The notes under the pieces: generated by a model
What the model was told of the DNA's origin: nothing
Seen by the model: the letters and a program-made list of their open reading frames with translations, nothing else
Databases searched by the model: none
Program-made: the position numbers and the translations under genes
Source: Felis catus
Taxonomy: Eukaryota
Assembly (NCBI RefSeq): GCF_018350175.1
Contig: NC_058368.1
Coordinates: 191,892,001-191,956,000, forward strand
Direction of reading: 5' to 3'
Length of the DNA stretch: 64,000 bases
Part shown: positions 1 through 12,410 of the stretch, piece after piece
Layout of the letters: the number at the start of each line of letters is the position of its first letter
How positions within the stretch are numbered: position 1 is the stretch's first letter

Positions 1-240
1 TGGGTAACTCAGTTGGTAAGGCATCCAACTTTGGCTCAGGTTACGATCTGTCACAGTTTATGGGTGTGAGCCCCACATCAGCTCTGTGCTGACATCTCAG
101 AGCCTGGACCCTGCTTCGGATTTTGTCTCCCTCTCTCTCTGCCCCTCCCCTGCTCATGCTCTCTCTTTCTCTCAAAAATGAATAAACGTTAGGAAAAAAA
201 TTTTAATAAAAAAATAAAAAAGAATTTATTTAAAAAAAAA
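1..240 (+). mobile_element. Can-SINE, cut by the window start
   Basis: tRNA-like head, ctcagagcctgg, (CT)n tract, A-rich tail. Confidence 0.9.
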
Positions 241-456
241 CCTAAGAAATGAATTTTAGGCTTTGGTTTTAGTGCTTTTAGAGGCATCCAATGGATTAGG
301 TTACAAAGAGGATTGAGGTACAGTAAGTTGTGCACTGGGCTAGATCATTCTAGGATATTTTCTAATGCAGAGTCTAATATTCCAAGCCTCTTCAACATTT
401 TCCAAATTTTAGTTTCACTAACTGCACATACTCTAAAGAATTACATTTAAGCTGAC

Positions 457-559
457 CTTTATCAACAAGCCAGTGCGCCCCATTGCAATCAAACTGCATT
501 CTGAGTGGTTTCATGGCAACATCTGTGGCCACCAGGCAGATGAAAAGGTACAGGATAAT
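457..559 (-). pseudogene. Dynein HC pseudo-exon, post-AAA5 region
   Basis: catAG acceptor, AAG|gtcagc donor. IILYLFICLVATDVAMKPLRMQFDCNGAHWLVDK resembles LFFSIADLANIDPMYQYSLTWFV. Confidence 0.6.
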
Positions 560-850
560 CTATGCCACCACCCCCACTCCCATCCCCACAAATGAACCCA
601 GGGGAGAAGACAGCCTCAGAGCTTTGAGGGTGGTTCTTATCAGGATGAGACTGGAACATCAAGATTTTCTGGTGGAGAGAAGAATCAGAGAGCTGGCTAT
701 TTTTTTCCCCCACAACCTAGGACTCAAGACTCCCCTTTTGTACTTCATCTCCCCAGTGGCAAAATGTGGGAAAGGCCCCAGATAAACTTCATATTTCCTC
801 CCAGCTCCAACATTCTGTGACTAAACTGTTAATGTGATCCAGTAACTTGC

Positions 851-1140
851 CTTTCATCTGTGCGCCCAGAAAAGTTAAACCAAAGAGAAACTACCAGAAG
901 AATATCTAAGCTAAGATACAATTTGTCTTTGGGTAGACGGAAAGTTACTGTTCAAAGAACAATTTTTAATTTTCTCCCCAAGTAGCTTTCCCCAGGAGCC
1001 ATGCTTATGTTTCATTAAGGTTTTGGGTCAGACGCAGACAGGAGAGAAGTTATTCCTTGCTTGCCCAAGCTATAGCATACTTTACACCAAACCTTAAGAA
1101 GGTATAGACCCTAAGCTCTCCGGATGGTTTACCATCTTAT
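851..1140 (-). pseudogene. Dynein HC pseudo-exon, AAA5
   Basis: ttttAG acceptor, AAG|gcaagt (GC-type) donor. DKMVNHPE / ELRVY / LLSCLRLTQNLNET*AWLLGKLLGEK resemble GDKEVEYHPDFRLY and LLNFMITPEGLEDQLLGIVVAKE. Frameshifted. Confidence 0.65.
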
Positions 1141-1344
1141 CTAAAATTGAATAAATCAACTAAGTAAAGTTTATGCTCTGTAAAAATTCCATGTTAGCAC
1201 ACAAGTAAAGATGGAAGCAAAACCATTTACAAATAGATTATTAAGCCAGAAAATCTGCAGCCATCAAAGAGAAACAATGTTTTCAAGTTATTCAAGTTCA
1301 GTATCACATTGGCTAAAAGGCTACTAGCCAGTGTCTGTACTCAC

Positions 1345-1598
1345 TACCTCCTACTTTTAATGATGCATTTGGATCTTCCTGTTGCTTTGGAGTATGTAAA
1401 TGAGCATCACTCAATTTGCATTTCTACCACTGAGACACTGAGATATCTGTAGGTGTATCAGAAGAAAGATACTTTGATAGATTGTGTAGATTAGCTCTAC
1501 TTCTCCACATAAGGGTCCATGAGGGAATCATCTAAATTTGTAACAGTACTGCCTGGGATCACCTTAATCATCTCTTCCCATGCAAAGATGAAAATCAC
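1345..1598 (-). pseudogene. Dynein HC pseudo-exon, start of AAA5
   Basis: ttctcAG acceptor. FAWEE...SLMDPYVEK* and KCKLSDAHLHT resemble IRAW...PLMIDPQGQ and VIKLSDSDYMRT. Confidence 0.65.
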
Positions 1599-1776
1599 CT
1601 GAGAAATTAGAATATGTTGAGAAAGAAGAAAAAAGGGATTGGGGGAAAATATCCAAACGCAGCCAGGATGCACATATAGTCTCCTGTTTATTTTAATTGA
1701 ATGGCTTGTGTCTTCAGGCCATCTCATTATTCTCCCCAGAGCAGAAATATTGAATGAAGGCACAAACCTCATTAAC

Positions 1777-1921
1777 CTTTGAATGCTGAAATCAATAATC
1801 TGCAATATATCTAAGCTAATTTGTTGCCAATACATGTCTCAAAATGCTATGTTTTGTAGCTGAGGACATCGAGGGATGCGGTAAGAACTACCTTGTCCCC
1901 ATCAAGATATCTGGGGTTTGC
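1777..1921 (-). pseudogene. Dynein HC pseudo-exon, end of stalk / pre-AAA5
   Basis: AAG|gttaat donor. PDILMGT and F*DMYWQQ...DFSIQR resemble GDVLVSA...FRQ..W...EFSL. Confidence 0.5.
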
Positions 1922-3123
1922 CTTGTTGGTTTATAGAACCTTCTAATGTGAAATAAGTTAGTGACATTTACATAGAACATGGTTTTCCAGTGGGGTTAAT
2001 TATCTGTTCTTTTAGCTGAGAACACATTGGACCTTTTCTTTTTCCATGACTCTAATAAATGACATGAATAAAGACAGACAGGTGTTTGCCTGGCATTCCT
2101 TCTCATAAACCTGCCCTGAAAAGTAGAGTCATGGCCGATACTGAGGAAGTAGGAAGAGGTTCCTTGAGCCACAAACTGGCTTTATTCACTTAGTGACTAA
2201 CACATAGTAGGCATCCAAAAATATTTGTTGACAAAATGGATAATGACACTGACCTTTGAGAGTCAACCTTTACTTGCTAAATATATATGCCATATGTGTG
2301 TTACATGTGTTTTACACCTGTGTATATACACGTGTTTGCATGTATGTATACACACATCTCTCACACACACATACACACAGTATTTATAAAATGTCTCAGT
2401 AAGAGGACACTTGTCTGTTTATTTTGCAAAAGAAAAGAATGGGACAATAAAGTATTTATTGGTTACAGAGAAATGATTGAGAAACAGAATGACAGAAAAC
2501 GAAAAGGACCAGGAGTCTGTGCAGCTGCAAAAACTCCAGGAGAGCAGCCTCTTTATGTGTTCACCACTAAGTCCCCGGTGCCTATGACAAAGCAGGTGCT
2601 CAGCAAGTGTGTGATGGTTACATGGATAGATGCATGGGTAAAGAGAATGAGCGAACAGTCAGCATGAGTAGGAGAAAGAGGAGAGCAGGTGTGAGTTTTC
2701 TGTGAATGGTCTCTATAGAGAATAGAGAGTACCTAGACACTAAAACAACAAGACCACCCCCATGCACACAAAACATGGGACCAGCCATTCAAATGGCTGT
2801 GTCCCATGCTTTTGGATGATCCTCTCTCAGCCAGGAGAAGACTTTTGTGTTTGGTGCAGAGCATCCAAACCACAATGTCCCTAAGTGAAAGAGGAGGTCC
2901 CTACCATGCTGTCTCATCTCACTGACATCTCCTCTCCTACATCAAATTGAAACACTTCATGTATCTCAAAGCACTACTGGGCCCTCTGACAACCAGACTC
3001 TACTGAAGTGCTCCAAAGAGGAGAAGGCGCCCCACTGCTTTAGCATCAAAGGGAGGGCTAAATACACCCTCTAATGCAGTAAATGAAGGTCCAATTGCAG
3101 CCATTTAACCAGATGCTGCTTAC

Positions 3124-3192
3124 ACTGTCGGTTTCGCCCCCAGCCCACTGGAGCTGCTGTCCATTAAGCTTTGTTATTTATTGAGCCAAAAT
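3124..3192 (-). pseudogene. Dynein HC pseudo-exon, stalk coiled coil 2
   Basis: aacAG acceptor, |gtaagc donor. ILAQ*ITKLNGQQLQWA resembles RAEKLIGGLGGEKxRW. Confidence 0.6.
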
Positions 3193-3443
3193 CTGTTCCC
3201 AAGGGAAGAAGAAAAGATAGAGATTGTTACATGAATTTCAGATTTCCACCATGTAGTATACCATTGCCCAGGTACACCTGTTCAGTGAAGAACATTTAAA
3301 AGACTATTTCTCAAAAATGACACCATGGCCATATGCATAGCCATCACCTGATGGCAATTAATAATTCAGATGCCCAGGTTCCACTGCAGTGATTCAGGTA
3401 TTAGGTCTACAGTAGGGCCAAGAAATCTGCACTGTACTCTAGA

Positions 3444-3647
3444 GGAGCACCTGGGTGGCTCAGTCGGTTAAGCAGCAGACAGGCTTAGGTCACAATCTCG
3501 CAGTTCCATGAGTTCAAGCCCTGCGTTCAGCTCTATGCTGACAGCTCAGAGCCTGGAGCCTGCTCCAGATTCTGTGTCTCCCTCTATCTCTGCCCCTCCC
3601 CCACTCATGCTCTGTCTCTCTCAAAAAATAAATGTTAAAAAAAATTT
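3444..3647 (+). mobile_element. Can-SINE
   Basis: cacctgggtggctcagtcggtt head, CT tract, aataaa/poly-A tail. Confidence 0.92.
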
Positions 3648-3884
3648 TTAAAACAAGCACTCTAGAAAAACCACAAGCTCATTAAAGTTAGAGGCCCCTT
3701 GATTCAAAAACAAATATCTTTCACTCTTGCTCCATAAGAATCTTATACACATCTCATACACATACATAAGAATCTCATACAAAGTTTTCAAGGACTTTGG
3801 AAGGAAGAATCTTCTCGGGATAGCATAGTCAAGAAAAAGCACTAAGTCAACATGTATTTGTTGTGTATCTGCTGTTTGATGGGC

Positions 3885-4130
3885 AGTACAAGGTGGTAGA
3901 TAAGCTGTGTCCTCTGGCGTGAGGCTGCCTGAATTTGAACCCCAGCTCTGCCACTTACTGGCCATGTGAACTTGGGCATGTTAATCTTTTCACACCTTAC
4001 TTCCATTTGTCAGATGAGGATGATATCCATAGCACCTGACTCACAGGGTTGTTAGGATCAAGTTAAGACATGTGGAGTATTCAGAACAGAGCACGGCCCA
4101 AGATAAGTGCCCACTAAAAGCTTATTATTA
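3885..4130 (+). mobile_element. MIR (ancient SINE)
   Basis: MIR core-like ccagctctgccacttactggccatgtgaacttgggca...cacagggttgtt. Confidence 0.7.
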
Positions 4131-4417
4131 CTACTATGTCATGGGAACTAGGGATAATCTGGGAAAAGAGAGACACATCCCTGCCCTCTTCATGCTTAGA
4201 AACAATAGGAAAATAGCACAATCCCAGTTTAACAATGTGTTAACTAAATACAAGTATGAGTGCACAGAGGAAATTACCAGAAAGTAAAAAAACATGGTCC
4301 TAACAAGAGTCTGTCAGGATAGAGTCACCTGAGGCAGAACATACTTGGCAAAAGCCATGGGGTAGCAAGAACTGGGTCCTGGGAATCACAAGCTCAAGAT
4401 TCTAGTAACTTTCCTAC

Positions 4418-4545
4418 CTCTACAAAAAATGACAGTCAGTTGAGGCAGATTCTTCCTCTTTCTGAAGCTCAGTTGCCTCACATATAAAATAAGGGACTTA
4501 GCAATTGCTGCTGTGGCAGAGTCGCAGGACACTAATGGGCAAGCT
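4418..4545 (-). pseudogene. Dynein HC pseudo-exon, microtubule-binding domain
   Basis: cctgcAG acceptor, GAG|gtagga donor. DSATAAIAKSLILYVRQL resembles ASxAAxGLCKWVRAM. Confidence 0.55.
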
Positions 4546-5039
4546 CTGCAGGGACTGGGGCACCAGAGCTGAGCTGTGAGAGCCAGGGGCTCCATCCGGG
4601 AGGGAGGGCAAAGGAGGCAAGGTGAGGAGAAAGGGGGCATCGCAGGATCAAAACCTGTCTTCCTCTTGCCAGCGTTCTCCTCAGCTTAGCACTACAGATA
4701 GAGTGCTTTGGGTCAAAGGTATTCTTCTCAGAAATTGCACTTTTTAGAAGGGGTCCCTCCCCCCACCCCACTTAAGGTAAGTAGAATCAGGCTTATTGTT
4801 CGGGTCTGTGCAAACAGAGAAATGCATGCCTTCACACTGCCATTAGTAATGGAACATTAGTTGAGAATCAAAGGGAGGGAAAGGAGAGATGAAGGGGAAG
4901 GGGGTTCAAAGATGGCACAAGTGTGGGCGTGTTGGGGGAGGAATACAAGGAGATGAATCAGCTGGAATCCGAGTCATGTCAGAACTGGAGAACTGCAATC
5001 CAGTAGCTCCCTCACAGCTGTGCTCTCTCTGCCTCCCCT

Positions 5040-5269
5040 CCCCCCAACCCCTCCACTTGGACTCTAATTACATCACTGAAGCTCTCAGCAGCTTCATCAC
5101 CCCTCATGTATTTCCTGAGTAGCAACAATAGATGAATGACAAGAACTAGAAACCTACTTCCAAGGTTAAGACTGGAAACTGCCTCCATGTAAGTGAGAAA
5201 AATTTTTAGATTAACCTGTCCGCATACATGGACTCTTTTTTTCCTTCCTGTTATAAACATTACCTCGAG
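5040..5269 (-). pseudogene. Dynein HC pseudo-exon(s), stalk CC1 / MTBD start
   Basis: ttttccAG acceptor at 5270. LKIFLTYMEAVSSLNL resembles LAEAIPALEAAxxALxTL; GVMKLLRASVM resembles GVKLVMEAVCVM. Left boundary uncertain. Confidence 0.5.
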
Positions 5270-5767
5270 CTGGAAAACAAAAAGGGAGGGTAGAAAGAGG
5301 GAGTATTAAAACCCACCACCTTTTAGAGATGGAGCTCCATGACCTGCACAGAGTCACAGGGTAAGGAGACGACAGGGCTGCAAGTGGTACACAAGTCACC
5401 TGTCAACTAGTCCTAGTGAGACACAGTCACAAGGACACGAAGAAGCACTTCATATTTTAACAGTTACATAGATATTACAGTATGTATTAGTAAAATTAGC
5501 ATATTGCCTCCATGATTTGGGAACATCACTGCTTGGGGCAGAGCTAAGTATCTCTATTTATAATGTGCATCAATTTAAGGGACAATATTAGGTACATAAT
5601 GGAACCATTGATATGTGTGTAACTGATGGCTCCTGACCAGATCTTAAATTACTAGACCACATTTCTAGCCCTTCAGGGATGGAGTAGGCAGGGAGGGCAG
5701 GAAGGACCAACAAATCCATCTGGCTTGCAAACCTCCACAATGTCCTCTGAAAAGTCAAACAACTCAC

Positions 5768-5872
5768 CCTGCAGTGCCTCCCCCCTTCCCAGAGTAAGCC
5801 AGGGAAATGAGAATTGGGTGTTCAAAAGATTCAGACAAGCATAATATTATATATACACTTGACATCCATCTC
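5768..5872 (-). pseudogene. Dynein HC pseudo-exon, after AAA4
   Basis: ttcAG acceptor, AGG|gtgagt donor. VYI*YYACLNLLNTQF resembles NYVTPTSYLELINTF. Confidence 0.55.
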
Positions 5873-6321
5873 CTGAATGAAACCTCATTGTTCTTGTGTA
5901 ACAAAAAGTAAATATTTACTGTGAGCCAGGAGAAGTAGGGAATGATCAGCATTCAGGTCATCAATCACTGTGAGCTGTGCTCCCATTTTAATAACCTCGT
6001 AAGGGAGGGCAGGCAAGGACAGCAACGACTGGCCAGGAGATAAGAGTTTGTCAGAGGAGTCAAATCACTCCAAATGCAAGAATATAAGTTATTGCTTATG
6101 CGTTGCTCATGCGTGCAGGTGGTGAAGTTCCCTAAGGATGGGTGTGTGAAGTTGAGGCAGGAAAGTAGAGTGGTTAGGAATGCAATCTCCGTAGCTGGAG
6201 TACTGGTCCTCTACTCACCAGCTTCAGGAGCTTGGACAAGACAGTCTCAGCTACATCAATCAAGGAGGATCCACCTCATAGCATTGCTGTGAGGATTAAA
6301 TGAATCAATATGGGTAAAGTA

Positions 6322-6462
6322 TTTATTTATTTACTTTTTTAAAACTCAGCTCCATGCCCAGCATGGAGTCCAATGCAGGACTTGAACTCATGATCCTGTG
6401 ATCAAGACCTGAGCTGAGATAGAGAGTCAGATGCTTAACCTACTGAGCCACCCAGGTGCCCC
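6322..6462 (-). mobile_element. Short carnivore SINE (SINEC) within a MIR
   Basis: gagccacccaggtgcccc end and poly-T start. Confidence 0.85.
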
Positions 6463-7109
6463 AGACAAAGTTTAACAATAGGAGGAGCATGGAATGTGCT
6501 CAATACATTTCTCTAGGGGTGTCAGGAGACAGAAACCTCTCTTGGCTGCAAGAAGATGGCTTGGGGGTGGTACCCAATCTGCTACTATGGTGCATTCTTC
6601 TGTCCAGGAATTTCATCAACTGATTTAGAATGCATGTACTTGTCCCAGCCCTCACAGCCAGTGAGGGGCGGAGCTAGGATTGGAGCCCAAGCCTTCTGGC
6701 TCCCAGGTCCTTGACCTTAATCATTATTATGCATGACACCTGTCTTAAGAGAATAAGCAATCACATGCATTTTTTTTTTTTACCCCTTTCTTTTCCTTCT
6801 CTTCACCTGTCTACCAGGTACAGGAAGTGACTGATTCTCCCTGGAAAAGCACAAGTGCCCAAGTAAGAAAAAGAGCACCAAACAAAGATTGGAAAATTTA
6901 TACCCTTGTTTCAAGTGGAATGGTTGAAGGACCTGGAGGGAGGAATATTTGGACAGAGAATATACCTTTGTATGCTGAGAAGAGCCATGGGGAAGGAAGA
7001 ACAGCCTGTTTGCCCATGATGCAAGATAAAGCCCTACTTCCATTGAGGGAGAGGTTATGAGGAGATAGGTAAGAGTCCAGTTTCAGAAAAAACTTTGCAG
7101 GGGCTATCA

Positions 7110-7330
7110 CGTAGTGGCTAAAAACTTAAATTCAAGCAGACAAATCCCAGACCCCACCCCCTTACTATTTGTGTGACCTTGGACAAGTTACATAAACTCT
7201 CTCACTAAGCCCTCATTTCTTTATCTAATACAGAGGAGGGCTTAGCAGTACCCACCCCATAAGGCCAATGTCAGGTGTAAATGAGATAAGGCATGTTAAA
7301 AAGCTTTGCACAGTGACTGGCTTATCATAG
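7110..7330 (+). mobile_element. MIR
   Basis: tgtgtgaccttggacaagtta core. Confidence 0.65.
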
Positions 7331-8696
7331 GCCCTCAAGACATGTTGGCTATAAAGCTGGCCTAGATTAAGAGTGAATGTAAATATTGCTCTAGGTAAAG
7401 ATAACTCATTCTTTATATTTTATTCCTCTCTAGAGATTTGGCACGTTTAAAATATTTTCGGAAGATCATTCATCCATCCACCCACTCACTCATTGAGCAG
7501 AGGTCTGCTGAACACTGACTAGGTGTGAAACTGTGAGGACAGAGTGTGAACATGAGTGAAACAGTCCACTTGCTTCCCAATGAAGGAGGCAAGCATGAAA
7601 ACCATCGCTCAATTAATTAACCGCAGTTAGGCGCTGTTAGGATTAACTCTGGAGCTGCCATCAGAACACTTACAGGGAATGATCTAGACTCAGGGAGAAC
7701 ATGAGGAACTTGCCTGGAAGTGAGTTTTGAGCTAAGTCACTTCAATGTGATTTTGTGATTAGTGGCCCAACAAAGCCTTGGGTGAGTCACAGAAGGGAAT
7801 TAGCAGTCGTGTCTGACCCAGAAAAGCTTCACAAATGATGGCATTTGAGCTGCATCATGAAGGATGGGGAGTATTTTCCCAGGAAGAGAAAGGAAAAAAG
7901 CCTTTTTGTCATACAGGACTTTATAAAGACTTGGAGAGAATCTCAGCTCAGAGGCTCAGATACTATTACTTTTGTTATGAGTGAAAAGCTACCAACAAAA
8001 ATAAAAGGTAACATCTATTCTTTAGAGATTTGCACTGCAGTGTTATTTATCAAGGAAAAGTAGAAACAACCATAACCATCACTGTCCAATGGCTGAGGAA
8101 TTTTAAGCTAAATTAAGTCCAACCAGAATTTTCTATATAAAACTACAAGTATATTAACTGTCATATTCTTCAAGAGTCTGTAATAACATGGGAAATCTTA
8201 CTTAAAATACTAAGGGAAAATAGGGAGACCTAAAATCTCAGTTACAGTGTGAGTACAACCATATTATTTAGACCTCCAAAAATCATACTTTTGGAGACGA
8301 TGAATATATTTATGCCATTGATTGTGGTGATGGTTTCACACGTTACTTATCTCTACATTCATCAGTTTGTATACTTTAACTTTTTGTATGTCATGCATGC
8401 CTCAATAAAGTAGCTTTAAAATGCAAATAAAAATACAAAATTGTTGATTGTGAGAAATGAAAATGAAAATACAGAAAAAATTTATATCAGGTCTTTTCAG
8501 ATATGGAAAATCTGGTATTTTTCAACTTATATGTACTAAGTTTTCTTTAAGAAGAATGTGTTATTATTTTTGTTGATAATAGTAATACCTTTTCCTCTCT
8601 TCCCTTTTAGAAGAAGTTCTTTTGATCAACTTTGCCTGACAGGAAAATCCCCCAGCCGATATCATTTCCTCTGCTGACTTAAAGCCTGGCAGTCAC

Positions 8697-8856
8697 CTAT
8701 TATTCACTCCTTAGCATTGGAAGATTTCTTTAAAAAGAAAAAGAAATGATCTTTGAAGGATCACCAGTTAAACCACTCAATCCTGAAGTGGTTTAGGTGA
8801 CCAGCTGTACTCCACTGGCATGACACCGCAGGGGTAGTGCATGGGACAAATGGGTT
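8697..8856 (-). pseudogene. Dynein HC pseudo-exon, AAA4 C-terminal
   Basis: Polypyrimidine tract plus tcAG acceptor, TAG|gtgact donor. NPFVPCTTPA...HLNHFRIEWFNW*SFKD resembles NLHIVLCFSPVG...TIDWFSRWPKD. Confidence 0.65.
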
Positions 8857-8939
8857 CTGACAAAAGAAAGTTCATTTTGAAGAATAAGGAGAGAAAAAAA
8901 AAGTACATGAAATGATCCAGGGTAATAAACCTCCAGGGG

Positions 8940-8943
<4 letters not shown>

Positions 8944-8985
<42 letters not shown>
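8944..8985. repeat. (AG)n microsatellite
   Basis: Direct sequence. Confidence 0.95.
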
Positions 8986-8989
<4 letters not shown>

Positions 8990-9030
8990 GAACATCAACA
9001 AAGACAAAATTAAAAAGAAACAGAACATAC

Positions 9031-9257
9031 ATTCCATTAGTTTGGCCATCTTGGCTCAAGTTGCCCAACACTACAAAGATTCTTCAGCCCTTGTAGTCAT
9101 GTGTTGGCCTGCGTGACTGTGTTTCTTGGTGTTTCTTCTTCTGTGTGTTCCTTCTTGGTTTTCCCACAGGTTAAATGCAGGTAGTGACTGGATTTACTTA
9201 GCAAAGAACTGATTTACAAGCAGTAGTGTTTGGAAGTCTTTGCAATCATGAACTGCT
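9031..9257 (-). pseudogene. Dynein HC pseudo-exon, AAA4
   Basis: |gtatgt donor. CL*ISSLLVN and SLPAFNLWENQE resemble LEDINNLLNTGEVPNLFxxDEKQE. Frameshifted. Confidence 0.5.
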
Positions 9258-9761
9258 CTGCCGGGCCAGGATGAGAGCAAACAGGCCATGAAGGGGTCAG
9301 CTGTCAGGCAAGGTGGGAGATCAAACAATCACCAGCACAGAAATGTCTCTCATTTTCAGCTTGTGATGGTTTTCTGAGCCAGGGCTTCAAGTCCTGTTCT
9401 GACCACAATGAGGTTGACAAGATCTGCTCACAATCAAGGTCAATAAAATTCACTAGTAGTTTGTCACCCCTAGTAAAAGAAAGTCAATCATTGAAAGAGA
9501 TGGAACCTTATGAAACTGACGGTGCGACTGGTAGGAACCATTCTGACTCTGAGTGATATTGCTAAGGTCCACTTATGGATGTGCTTGACAAGGTCAACCT
9601 TTGTAGTAAGCAATCACCTACACACCACCGCATATCTTCATGGCCTGTCTGCTTACTATTTTAGAATACCTTGGTGGAATATGGTCTGTGCAAGTACCTG
9701 TTTGAGATGCTCATGTGTGTGCAGCTAAGCTGCACATTCATATGCATTTCATTTGTTTAAA

Positions 9762-9970
9762 AGTTTTTGTTAACATTTATTTATTTTTGAGACAGAGAGA
9801 GAGCATGAACAGGGGAGGGTCAGAGAAAGAGGGAGACATAGAATCTGAAACAGGCTCCAGGCTCTGAGCTGTCAGCACAGAGCCCGACACGGGACTCGAA
9901 CCCACGGACCGCGAGATCATGACCTGAGCCGAAGTCAGACGCTTAACCGACTGAGCCACCCAGGCGCCCC
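9762..9970 (-). mobile_element. Can-SINE (young, CpG-rich)
   Basis: Ends gagccacccaggcgcccc; TSD atatgcatttca. Confidence 0.95.
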
Positions 9971-10029
9971 ATATGCATTTCAATTGAACACATTGGTTTA
10001 CCCCACACAGTGCTATGCATTGTACAGAG

Positions 10030-10880
10030 GAAAAAAAAAAAGTGCTTTCTGGATATCTCCCCTTAGATTTCCCATGCCAGAGTCAACATTGCAAAACTGG
10101 AACTCAACTTCTGACCAAACCTCTTCCTCACGCGCCAACACACACGAGGACTAGGGGTCTCTTTCTGTGAATGACATCAGCATTCATCCGGTTGCACAAC
10201 CCAGAAACCTGAAAGCGATCTTCCTCTGCTCCCTCTCCCTCATGCCCCACATCCCATCCATTCAAATCCTGCATATTTATGCACAATCCCTTTGTCTCCT
10301 CCTTAATCACTCCCACCTTAGCCCAGATCTTGTCAGTGATCACCTGATGGGACTCACAGACTCCAAATTCTCTACACAATAGCCAAAGGAATACTTCTGC
10401 AACACAGATCTCATTGTTCTACTTTTTACTCCTGTTCAGAGCCCTTCACTAGGCTCCTATTGTGCTCAGGGTAATGTACCAAGCCCACGGTTCACAAGGC
10501 TCTTCATGAATAGTTTTTATATCCTCTGCCACATCTCAAAGCACCCCCCTCTTATCTCCAGCCACCCTGGGCATCTTTCAGATTCTTAAAAACACCAAGC
10601 TCTCTTATGCCTCAAGGTTTCTGCATATGCTGTTTCCTCTTCCTAGAAACTTCTTGCTTATATATCTGGATAATTCCTTTGAAGAAAGCCTTTCTTTGAC
10701 TTCAGAAACTGAGTGAGATATGTGCTCCCACAGTATCACTCCTGACTGCAAATCCATGTTTGTTTGTTTGTTTGTTTGTTTGTTTTCCCTAACAGGCAGT
10801 AAATTGGGTTCCTGTATCTTTAATGCATTAAAACAAACCTAGGAAGGCACTAAATATTTGTTGAATGAGTAAAGTAAATA
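10030..10880 (+). mobile_element. L2 3' fragment
   Basis: L2-like body ending aaatatttgttgaatgagt. Confidence 0.6.
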
Positions 10881-10980
10881 AATGAAAATTGCACGGTGTC
10901 ACAGAATAAAGAGGAAAAAGACAATCTACCTACCATCCTGCCAAATCCTTCGTGAAACTAATGCTGATATTCCCTCTTAC

Positions 10981-11280
10981 TTCCCAGTACATTTGGCCTC
11001 ATCTGGCTTCACATAAAATGGCTGTGCCATCATTTCACTAATTTTTTGTCACCTCCACTTTCCAAGTTAGAGACTAAGTAATCAAGCTTGGTGCTTTCTT
11101 GAGCTAGATGGAATAGCAAAGCATTTTCTAGCCTAAAATTATACTGCAAACTGCATTTGTCTTCTGGGTTTGGGGCCATGGAGAGGCTAGCTTGGAAGGA
11201 CTCTGGATGGACCAGTGGCTTTCCAGGTATGGTCCCTGGAATGTCCACAGTGACATCAAAATAGGAACTGAGAGTAAGCA
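10981..11280 (-). pseudogene. Dynein HC pseudo-exon, AAA4 N-terminal
   Basis: ttctcAG acceptor, GAA|gtaaga donor. DKCSLQYNFRLENALLFHLAQESTKLDYLVSNLESGGDKKLVK* resembles EQCLDEYN..MDLVLFxxAIEHxxRIxRVLxxPGGxALLVG. Confidence 0.65.
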
Positions 11281-12193
11281 CTGAGAAACATTCATATCAA
11301 GTTAACATTGCCTCAATATTTTGATTGTGTTTTGCAGAAGTATCAGTCTCTAACAAACGAAAATTAACAGGAAAAAAAACCCTGATCCTTCACTAGAAGT
11401 AATTTGGGAAGCCCTGGGATAAAGACAACTAGGAATGAATTCACCAGGAATGTCTTCCATTAGTTCTCTCAGCCTCTTATTAGAATCTGTGTTCCACAGT
11501 TAGTCATACTCATAATAACAGCAGTTCTATACGGGCCTTATTTAGCCAATTTAAGATAACTCAAAGAATCAAAAATATTGATGGCATAAGAAGAACAAGT
11601 CTCCTTCACAAATGTAATTATCCAAGGCTACTCTGCCTAATGATCTAATGTCATGTAGTGACACTCATGATAGTTAATTGCTATGAAACACCACTATGTA
11701 TGTGCCAGGCCATTTAAATTATTCATGTGCGTTATTTAATTCTCAGAATTCTTTGGAGTGGTATTACTGTAATCTTCATTTTAAGGATGGGGAGTCAGGA
11801 CCAGAAAGTTTAAATTGCCTGAGGTCACACAACTAGCAATTAGTGACAACTAGATTGGAGATTTAATCCCAAATCTTTACTAAGAGCCCGGAATCTGAGT
11901 CCTTAAAGCCGAAACCAATACTGTCCCTCTGTCTTCCATATCCCTTATTTTAGTCCCTTTTATTTTAATACATATAATTGATTTTTATCATTCACAAGAA
12001 ACATCAAAGCCAAAAATATTAAACTTGGGTTAGGCATACCTGGATGCCAGACCCATATCTATTAGTAAATACCTACATGATATTAAATAAATTGAACTCA
12101 AATTTTATCACATATAAAATGGAGATAGCCATGTTGATACCATCTACCTACCTCACAAAGTTTTTGAGAAGTATTAAAATGAAACGATGAATA

Positions 12194-12410
12194 GGGCATC
12201 TGGGTGGCTCTTTTGGTTAAGCATCCGACTTCATCTTAGGTCATGATCCCACAGTTCATGAGCTGGAGCCCCATATGGGACTTTGTGCTGACAGCGTAGA
12301 GCCTTCTTGGGATTCTCTCTCTCCCTCTCTCTCTCTAATCCTCCCCCATTCTTTCTCTCTCTCAAAGTAAATAAACAAAAAAATTAAATGATGAATGTAA
12401 AAAAAAATTT
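12194..12410 (+). mobile_element. Can-SINE inserted in a MIR
   Basis: gggcatctgggtggctc head, CT tract, A tail. Confidence 0.9.

Noticed and set aside
2287..2667. 126-aa plus-strand ORF
   Set aside because: Runs through low-complexity TG/CA sequence and an L2-like tail; no recognisable protein.
8777..9071. ORFs with SLSLSL runs
   Set aside because: Read through the (AG)n microsatellite; only the terminal parts overlap pseudo-exons.
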